Virus record (IMG/VR): IMGVR_UViG_3300033121_001642
Span: 1 to 64,000 of that record
Reading direction: 5' to 3' (one strand)
DNA length: 64,000 bases
DNA from: a virus
Lineage: Duplodnaviria; Heunggongvirae; Uroviricota; Caudoviricetes
Shown: piece after piece, positions 57,330 through 64,000 of the stretch
Numbering within the stretch: position 1 is the stretch's first letter
Layout of the letters: each line of letters starts with the position of its first letter
Made by a program: the position numbers and the translations under genes
The notes under the pieces: generated by a model
Told to the model about the DNA's origin: nothing
The model's database searches: none
The model's input: only the letters and a program-made list of their open reading frames with translations

Positions 57330-60300
57330 ATGGCCTGGAATGCTAACATATCAATAAATTCAGACTCCTTCGGTTATGCGCCGTTTACTGTTTTTGTATC
57401 AGCAAGCGGCAGCAGCTTTGATGTTTACACCTCTCAGGATGTTGAGTATCTTTGGGATTTTGGAGATCCCTCGCCTCCTTTGAACGGAAATCAAGATAAT
57501 GAAAGGTATTATTCAAATCCTTCAGGGTATCAAGATCTAGACTTAATAAACGTAACAACCAATCAACCTGTTACTGGAAATTTTAAGAACAAAACTAAAT
57601 TTCCTATCCCAACAATTGATTCAGACGTAGATAATACAGGACACTCAAAGTGTAGCGGCTATTCAAACACAATGCAAAGAGGATCAACTGCTGCTTATAC
57701 TTATTATCACGATAATGAAGGTAATCCGTTTACGATAACTTTGAGAATTTTTTATGGAGGCGTAGAGGTTGCAAGCAGTAGTCTTGAGGTATCCGTATCG
57801 CCGTCTACAGTTTACAATTCGTGGACAAATGCAGAAATTACCAATCCTGTTGATACTATAAATCAAGACGGTTCGTATGTTAGTTTGAAAATAAATCCAT
57901 ATTACACCAATCCTGGGCAAGACGACGATAGCGACTCAGAGTGTAACGAGTTTGCAACGCTAGCAAAAGCTATTTCTTGGGCAAACAACTGGCACCCAAA
58001 CTTTGTTAGATATGTTCTTACTAATGATAGCGATGTTTATGATTTTAGTATTTCTGCTCCAATATACATTGAGGGAAGCGATCAAATTATAACGGTTTCT
58101 GACTATCAATACTCGAATCGTTTTTCACTGGTGTCTGACTACAATCCTGGCGCTGAAGAAAATTTGATAACACTTAAGGGGCATAGAGTATATATAGAGA
58201 ACATAACTATAAAAGGCTATGGTCCAACTTCAAGCTCTGAGCTTGTTGGTGTTTTTATTGACGCCTCTCAAGAAGAGGCTTGTTTTCATAATTGTTCTTT
58301 TTCTGGATTAAAAATTGGTATTTCAATAAACGGATTAAAATGCTATTTAAATAGAATTCTTTGTTCTGTTAGCGGATCTGATTATCTTTTTAAGGAGAAC
58401 TTCATAAAAGGATCTGAAACAGAGAATCTTGTTATGACAAATTTAGAAGTATCTAGTTTTTCTGATACAACAAGAACGCTGTATGAAAAACAAGGCAAAA
58501 TGATTGATATTGCTCGTTCCAGTTATATTGTTTTACAGTGGTCGTATTTTGACAACGCTCTAACTCTTGAAAATGGATACGCCTCGCCTGGTGGAGATTC
58601 TTTGGCGTATGGCTTTTTGTATGATACATTTGACGAACTATCGGCAGGTGCGTTTAGGTTTTATATAAATACAAATTTTGATATTTGTTCTAATTGCTTT
58701 ATAAGAGGATGTTCGGAAATTGATGATTGTTTTTATGCGAGACTGGCAGGCAATTATTTTTCTGGCGCAGGCGGAGGACAGAAATCAGATCCAAGCACAG
58801 TTGTTCAAAAAAGAGCTTGTTTATATCTAAACAATCAGCAAAACAAAATTAGTATTGTTAGTAATATCTTTGAGCTAAAATACAATAACATGCTTTGTTC
58901 TGCTATTTTGTTTGAACCAACATCCTCTAAGCATCAAGTTTCAATTTTGAATAATATGTTTTTACTATGGTCAAATGTCTCAAAATATTCTGCTGTTTGT
59001 GATTTTGCCGCAGACGCTTCCGCTCTCGAAGATTTTGTTTTTAGTCAAAATATATTTGTTGAAAACAAAATTAATTGTATGTCAAACTACATTTCTTATA
59101 ACACAGATCAAATCAATGGCAAGATATATGATAACATTTATCCAAAATCATCGAGTCTCGAAAACGTTAGAGCGGCGCTGATCGACGGTGTTCAAGTTGA
59201 TTGTAAGACATTTTTTGAATTATACGAATCAAAGTTTTTTGTCATAGAAATAGAAGACTGTTTGCCAGAAAGATCTTTTGCTTTAGATTTGTTAAAGTAC
59301 GAAGCTTTTGCGGAAGTTTCCCCCATTGGTTCTGTTGTTAGAAACTATTCGCTAGAACTGCTTGATTCGTCCATATCTCAAAGGTTTTGTGCCTCCTCTT
59401 TCGTTAATTTTTCAAACGATTCTTCTCAGTTTAGCGTTTCGTCTTCGCTGTCATATAGAAGCCGACCAACAAATATAAACGCCGTTGCAAATGATTCTCA
59501 TAATCTTATATTTGAGATAAGAGATCCTTCTTTTATTGAACAAGACAATGACGGAGTTACTTCCGCAAAAATAATTATTGGGCAATCGTATGGGTTGTCG
59601 GAATCCGAAGCTGCTGAAAATCCATATATTTCTCTTTTGAATGGAGTTGGAGACTATATAAAGACAACAATTTCTACTTCCGTTAAATCAGACGGAATAG
59701 ATATTACTGTTGTTTATACCAATGACGGTCCATTATCTCAGGTTCTTGGGTCTGCTGCTCAAAAAATGGGAACCATAGATATTGACGGAGTATTTTGCGG
59801 AAGAAATCTTTCGTTGCTAACAGATTTGAATGGAATGAGTTTTAATAGCTATATGTTTCACGCAAAACAAGAGCTTGATACAAGCAATGACGATAGGAGA
59901 TATCCATACAAATTTGCTCCTATTAGTTGTTATCTTTTGAAAAACCATGCAGTTGTTGTTTCGTGGACCGCTGATTATGTAAACTCTGATAAAATGTTTC
60001 AAGAAATAACTTCGTCCAGATCAGAATCTGAAGGGGTTGTTTATTCTAGAGGTAAAACTCAGATAGAGTGGTTGGCAAATACAGGAAGTTCTGTTTCTTA
60101 TTATAATGATTGTTTGCAAAAAGGAGATTCTTTTTCCATAACCATATCTGTTAGGATTACAAGAGATCCGTCTAAATGGGTTTTGAAAGCTCAGCCTTGG
60201 AAAGATTATTTACAATCCAATCATGAAATGGTTCACACCAGAGACCCAAGACCTGTCTTTTTAGAAATTATGACAACGAATCCAGGCTCGACTCCATTGT

Positions 60301-61562
60301 TACTTAATGCTTCTTACAATATACCTTCAACAGGATATTCGTCTTACATAGATAACGTTATTTCAAACGTTGTTAATAAGAATTATCAAAGGTATATGGT
60401 TTGGGAGATTCTTGGTAACAATGAAAATGGATTAAACTATTATCCTCAGATTTTGACTCCAATATACAGAAGTCAGTATCCCTGGACTGGATATCCAAAT
60501 ATGCTTTCTTCAATATCTGGTTTGCAAAGACTTGGCGAAGAGATCTCTCAGTTTGGTTTTTATCAAGGTTACGGAGATTTGACTGCAACAAGCTCAACTA
60601 TATATGGACCGTCTGTTGAGTATGAAACTATTGATTTTACAGATACCGCACGAATGCAGAAATTCTATGACGAGCTAGATCTTGCTTCTGATTTATTTTG
60701 GGCAAATTCTCTGGGCTTGGATTCCTTTGGAACTATTTTTAACCAAAACCAAATGAAGAACGCATTGGATCTTATGGATGTGTATAAGGAGCGATATCCA
60801 AATATGTCTTTGTTGGTAGAGAAAGCAAAGCAAGACGTTTTTTGTTTTAGGGGTGCTTCGTGTTTGTTTTCTTATGACGGGGTGTACGGACCTCATCATC
60901 TTGCAAACTTTTTAGTTCCAGGAAACGAACATTGGTGTATCGATTATGGCATTGAAGGATCGGATTTGAGCCTTGTTGAAGCAGAGGTCTTGTATAGACT
61001 TGAGGCAATAGCGTCTTATGGCTATGTGGTTGGCGGTTATGATTTGAGCGCTTATTCCAATCTCAACCCTTTATCTTCTAGCTTTGAGGCGATTGATAGA
61101 AGATTTGATTTTGTAGAAGTTCCTTCTAATTATACTTCGACTGTTGCTCCTTCCTCTCCGATTGGTCTTAGGTATGGTTTGTATAATAAAGAAAGAAATA
61201 CAACATACACAACCGATAGAAAATATATAAAGATATTTTGGGATGCCAGCGAAGACCCGGATTTTAGCCACTACATCGTTTATAAATGTAAGATTTCTAA
61301 TCAGGTAATAGACTCAACGACCGCAAATTTCGTTAGAAGACAATATACAAAAAATCCGTTCTTTTACGATACGGCGGTTAGAGTAAATTCGACTTATTAC
61401 TATCAAGTTTCTGCTGTCGATGTTTTTGGTAACGAATCAACCAAATCAAGCGTTCTTGTTGTTCCGTTTGTTCCTGATGATCCTGTTTTGGAGCCGCCGT
61501 CTTCTGTAATTGCAGTAGGAGATGTTGATCAAAATGCAATAACAATAAGTTGGAGTTCATAA
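57330..61562 (+). CDS. 1410-aa paralog of the C-terminal two-thirds of the 45043 gene: PKD-like (LWDFGDPSPP), beta-helix, shared C-terminal blocks (RDPRPV, FGFYQGYG), FN3 ending ..ITISWSS-stop
   Basis: Blocks alignable by eye with the giant gene (AAYTYYHDN(G/E)G(S/N)PFTITL(K/R)I). Confidence 0.75.
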   Translation: MAWNANISINSDSFGYAPFTVFVSASGSSFDVYTSQDVEYLWDFGDPSPPLNGNQDNERYYSNPSGYQDLDLINVTTNQPVTGNFKNKTKFPIPTIDSDVDNTGHSKCSGYSNTMQRGSTAAYTYYHDNEGNPFTITLRIFYGGVEVASSSLEVSVSPSTVYNSWTNAEITNPVDTINQDGSYVSLKINPYYTNPGQDDDSDSECNEFATLAKAISWANNWHPNFVRYVLTNDSDVYDFSISAPIYIEGSDQIITVSDYQYSNRFSLVSDYNPGAEENLITLKGHRVYIENITIKGYGPTSSSELVGVFIDASQEEACFHNCSFSGLKIGISINGLKCYLNRILCSVSGSDYLFKENFIKGSETENLVMTNLEVSSFSDTTRTLYEKQGKMIDIARSSYIVLQWSYFDNALTLENGYASPGGDSLAYGFLYDTFDELSAGAFRFYINTNFDICSNCFIRGCSEIDDCFYARLAGNYFSGAGGGQKSDPSTVVQKRACLYLNNQQNKISIVSNIFELKYNNMLCSAILFEPTSSKHQVSILNNMFLLWSNVSKYSAVCDFAADASALEDFVFSQNIFVENKINCMSNYISYNTDQINGKIYDNIYPKSSSLENVRAALIDGVQVDCKTFFELYESKFFVIEIEDCLPERSFALDLLKYEAFAEVSPIGSVVRNYSLELLDSSISQRFCASSFVNFSNDSSQFSVSSSLSYRSRPTNINAVANDSHNLIFEIRDPSFIEQDNDGVTSAKIIIGQSYGLSESEAAENPYISLLNGVGDYIKTTISTSVKSDGIDITVVYTNDGPLSQVLGSAAQKMGTIDIDGVFCGRNLSLLTDLNGMSFNSYMFHAKQELDTSNDDRRYPYKFAPISCYLLKNHAVVVSWTADYVNSDKMFQEITSSRSESEGVVYSRGKTQIEWLANTGSSVSYYNDCLQKGDSFSITISVRITRDPSKWVLKAQPWKDYLQSNHEMVHTRDPRPVFLEIMTTNPGSTPLLLNASYNIPSTGYSSYIDNVISNVVNKNYQRYMVWEILGNNENGLNYYPQILTPIYRSQYPWTGYPNMLSSISGLQRLGEEISQFGFYQGYGDLTATSSTIYGPSVEYETIDFTDTARMQKFYDELDLASDLFWANSLGLDSFGTIFNQNQMKNALDLMDVYKERYPNMSLLVEKAKQDVFCFRGASCLFSYDGVYGPHHLANFLVPGNEHWCIDYGIEGSDLSLVEAEVLYRLEAIASYGYVVGGYDLSAYSNLNPLSSSFEAIDRRFDFVEVPSNYTSTVAPSSPIGLRYGLYNKERNTTYTTDRKYIKIFWDASEDPDFSHYIVYKCKISNQVIDSTTANFVRRQYTKNPFFYDTAVRVNSTYYYQVSAVDVFGNESTKSSVLVVPFVPDDPVLEPPSSVIAVGDVDQNAITISWSS

Positions 61563-61563
61563 T

Positions 61564-62346
61564 TTGCCAGGTGATTTCTCTCATTACAATATTTATCGCT
61601 CTGATACCGGAACGCCAGGTACTTTTGTATTTATTGGCACGGCAACAAGCATGTCATTTGTTGATACTGACGTTGTTTTGGGTAACACCTATTATTACGT
61701 TGTTACAGTTGTAACGTATTATCTTATAGACGATCTCATTACTTATGAGGAGTCGCTTTCTAGTTCTGTTTTTTCTATAACGTTTGAGGCCCCACCGTCC
61801 CCGCCTCCTCCTCCTCCTCCTCCTCCTCCGGTTGCTCCTCCTGTTGTTCCTCCAAGAGGGCCTGTTCCGGACGCCGGGCATAGAATAGGAACATATGATT
61901 ACAGAGTAATAACGGACGCCATAGCCGAATCTTATGATCTTGGTAAAAAGTGTCTCGATCCTCTTGTTTGTATGTATAATAATTTACAAAACTGCGATGT
62001 AAATGTTCGCCAAAGACATAGGATGGAGCTTGAGAGCTTCTTAAGAAAAACATATGCTTACATAATTTACAAACATCTTGATAGTCAACAAACTATGTAT
62101 AACGCAGTCCGAGCATTGAATGTCCATGTAATGAGAGAATATGGAGAAGCGTATGGGTATGACAGCATGGACGAGTTTCTCATAGATCAGTTTTTAGAGG
62201 TTCCGTTGACCTATGCGATTCTTTCAGAACAGGTCGGATATTCGATAACTGTGATAGGAGATGCTAGAGCCAGATGGTCTGACATGCATCTTCTTTGGAA
62301 GGATATAACCCTTCCAATGAACAAGATAGGATGGGAGAACCTTTAG
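61564..62346 (+). CDS. protein starting (TTG) with second half of FN3 (PGDFSHYNIYRS..NTYYYVVTVV), poly-Pro linker, C-terminal domain; may be a +1 continuation of 57330..61562
   Basis: FN3 strands A-B end the upstream ORF and strands C-G start this one, 1 nt out of frame. Confidence 0.55.
   Translation: MPGDFSHYNIYRSDTGTPGTFVFIGTATSMSFVDTDVVLGNTYYYVVTVVTYYLIDDLITYEESLSSSVFSITFEAPPSPPPPPPPPPPVAPPVVPPRGPVPDAGHRIGTYDYRVITDAIAESYDLGKKCLDPLVCMYNNLQNCDVNVRQRHRMELESFLRKTYAYIIYKHLDSQQTMYNAVRALNVHVMREYGEAYGYDSMDEFLIDQFLEVPLTYAILSEQVGYSITVIGDARARWSDMHLLWKDITLPMNKIGWENL
61804..61827 (+). repeat. (CCT)8 trinucleotide microsatellite encoding a poly-proline linker
   Basis: Read directly; in frame. Confidence 0.9.
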
Positions 62347-62360
62347 TTTGAGGAATTTTC

Positions 62361-62891
62361 ATGAGTTCGTCTCTAAGCGACAAAACCCCTGCCCAATCGT
62401 GTAATGACCTTCTGTATCTCAATAATGACAATATAGGAGTCACAAGCGATCTAGTAACCGTTTATGGCGGTAACGGCATTCCTACGCCGTTAAAGCTGTC
62501 CACAGAAAAAATGGAGGCCTCGTTCAATAAGGGGGCTTTGGTAAAACCCGTTATTGATTCGTACCATCTAAAGTACAACGACATAGGAGAAGTTGGAGCT
62601 ACTTATCAAATTAGCACAACTGCTGGCAACGTTCAAAAACTCACGCTTACCGAGAATCTATCGCTAACATTTTTGCATAATTTAGACGAAGGTTCTGCAT
62701 TTGAACTGACCTTGCTTGTTGAGCAGTCAACAGGCGGTCATACCGTTTCGTTTCCGTCTTCGTTTAGAAAACCTGGACAAACAAATATAACCTTATCTTC
62801 GACAGCTAATGCGATAGACGTATTGAAGCTTCTAACATATAATGGTGGAGAAGATTGGTTGGTTTATAAAGAAGCTTCAGATTTGAGGTAA
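62361..62891 (+). CDS. hypothetical protein (176 aa), likely structural
   Basis: ORF with GAGGA RBS. Confidence 0.5.
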   Translation: MSSSLSDKTPAQSCNDLLYLNNDNIGVTSDLVTVYGGNGIPTPLKLSTEKMEASFNKGALVKPVIDSYHLKYNDIGEVGATYQISTTAGNVQKLTLTENLSLTFLHNLDEGSAFELTLLVEQSTGGHTVSFPSSFRKPGQTNITLSSTANAIDVLKLLTYNGGEDWLVYKEASDLR

Positions 62892-62893
62892 AA

Positions 62894-64000
62894 ATGGCAA
62901 AAGAAAAGAAGCAATCACAGAAACCTCAACAGGGTGGCTCTCTTGGCTTGTTGAACGAGTTAAGAGAGAAGATGAAAAAAGAAGTAGCCGGCTTAGCCAA
63001 AATTCCTAGTATTATAGAGTTTGTTGAAAGTCCAAAGTTTCTTGGACTGCCCTACGCCAATCCCCCTGTTACCCTTTACGACATACAGAAACTCGTACTT
63101 AAGTGTTTTTATAGAGGTAGCGACGGAAATGAAAGTTTAGAATTAACTCCTGAAGATTTTGATATAATCAACAAAAATGGATTAAACGACCCTCTCAATG
63201 GCGCTTTGCTAGATAAATGGAATTCAGGTAGTCAGTTTAGAGAACTTGTTCTTGTTTGGGGTCGGCGATGTCTTTCTGAGAATAGCGAAATTCTTGATGT
63301 CAAAACAGGAAAGAATTGGACATGCGGCGAGCTTTGGAATTATGGAAAAACAAGGTTAGAATCTTGGACGCTTGACGAACGTTCTAAGAAGATGGTTTCA
63401 ATAGATAACTGTAATCTAATATTCCAAGGAGTTAGGGATGTTTATAAGATTCAGACAATTTCTGGGCACGAAATAGAAGCAACAGATAATCATCCGTTTT
63501 TAACAGAAACGGGCTGGGTCCACGTTAAAGACCTAAAACCGAAGAGCAAAGTGGCGTTAGCGTCTCATCAGCCTTTCTTTGGTAATTCTACGGAGTTATC
63601 CGAAGACGAAGCTGTTATTCTTGGCTATCTCAGTAGCGGTTCTTGCGATTCGATTGGGGCCTATCTTGCTACGTCGCTTGATAATGGAGATGTTTTTGAC
63701 GACTTCAAGCAGAGAATAACAAGATATTGTGCTGATTCTAAAATAGAGCCAGCAAGTAATCATAATATAAAACTTGAAGATGATCGCAAATATACTTATG
63801 TTTACTCTCAAAAAGTAACAAAGTCGCAACAAAATAACGCTATTACTCTTTTGGATCAAAACGGACTGAAGAACAAGACAAGCCCGCAGAAGTTTGTTCC
63901 ATCAAGAATCTTTTCTTCGCCAAAGAATATTGTTGCAGCTTATTTGAGATCTATTTTTAGTTGTGACGGAGAAGTTTCTTGCACAAAGACCTCTCGTTTC
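62894..64000 (+). CDS. probable terminase large subunit (ATPase N-terminus), 3'-truncated at window edge, interrupted by an intein within the P-loop (..LVLVWGRR|C..)
   Basis: Open frame from ATG 62894 to window end; GRR immediately before intein Cys is consistent with a Walker A G-R-R-x-G-K-S/T split; position after the tail genes. Confidence 0.55.
   Translation, partial: MAKEKKQSQKPQQGGSLGLLNELREKMKKEVAGLAKIPSIIEFVESPKFLGLPYANPPVTLYDIQKLVLKCFYRGSDGNESLELTPEDFDIINKNGLNDPLNGALLDKWNSGSQFRELVLVWGRRCLSENSEILDVKTGKNWTCGELWNYGKTRLESWTLDERSKKMVSIDNCNLIFQGVRDVYKIQTISGHEIEATDNHPFLTETGWVHVKDLKPKSKVALASHQPFFGNSTELSEDEAVILGYLSSGSCDSIGAYLATSLDNGDVFDDFKQRITRYCADSKIEPASNHNIKLEDDRKYTYVYSQKVTKSQQNNAITLLDQNGLKNKTSPQKFVPSRIFSSPKNIVAAYLRSIFSCDGEVSCTKTSRF
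63269..64000 (+). mobile_element. Intein (partial; continues past window end) with LAGLIDADG-like segment
   Basis: Block A CLSENSEILDV, block B GHEIEATDNHPFLT, LGYLSSGSCDS / SIFSCDGEV. Confidence 0.7.

Noticed and set aside
61555-61566. Canonical programmed +1 frameshift signal (prfB-like)
   Set aside because: The junction TCA TAA T lacks the CUU UGA C slippery context and an optimally spaced SD. I kept it only as one of several explanations for the split FN3.
61654-62053. Minus-strand ORFs encoding poly-Arg and poly-Glu
   Set aside because: They are the reverse complement of the (CCT)n/GAG-rich repeat within the 61564 gene, so they are repeat artefacts.
1-64000. CRISPR arrays, rRNA, integrase or att sites, transposases
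   Set aside because: No direct-repeat/spacer periodicity, rRNA-like segments or recombinase motifs were seen. The only mobile elements are the three inteins.

Overview
This window is a dense, almost entirely plus-strand-coded 64-kb segment of a large dsDNA bacteriophage or prophage genome. Background GC is about 38-40%, and promoters (sigma70-type) and ribosome-binding sites (AGGAGG-type) look bacterial. I found no rRNA, tRNA or CRISPR.

Recognisable content:
- Replication and nucleotide metabolism: UvrD-like SF1 helicase with a topoisomerase-type Zn ribbon, SNF2-family helicase, class II ribonucleotide reductase NrdJ interrupted by an intein, ThyX, dUTPase, DnaQ-like exonuclease, DHH/DHHA1 phosphoesterase.
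- Auxiliary and takeover genes: sigma-70-family sigma factor, peptide deformylase, CoaD-like phosphopantetheine adenylyltransferase, Macro domain, HNH nuclease, SAM-methyltransferase-like protein, SPFH/band-7 protein, and a hyper-acidic D/E-only small protein.
- A GH24 (T4-type) lysozyme.
- Two paralogous AAA+ ATPases; one sits in a ~53% GC island with its own promoter and terminators.
- An ABC/AAA_21-type ATPase three-gene cassette whose Shine-Dalgarno lies inside an upstream intrinsic terminator.
- Giant paralogous tail-fibre/depolymerase-like proteins (3412 aa and 1410 aa) with PKD, beta-helix and FN3 domains, followed by a terminase-like gene.
- Three LAGLIDADG inteins: one in an unknown 1291-aa protein, one in NrdJ, one in the putative terminase P-loop.

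The most unusual signal is a short W-Y peptide motif recurring at the extreme N- or C-termini of at least ten proteins. N-terminal forms are MNWY.., MWYK(A/I)A.., MSWY.. and (GTG)SWF..; C-terminal or near-terminal forms are GWYIKAK, GWYRKAA and TWYDRMI. The GWYIKAK heptapeptide is identical in the UvrD-like helicase C-terminus and the lysozyme N-terminus but is encoded by different synonymous codons. I read this as a candidate shared targeting or docking tag.
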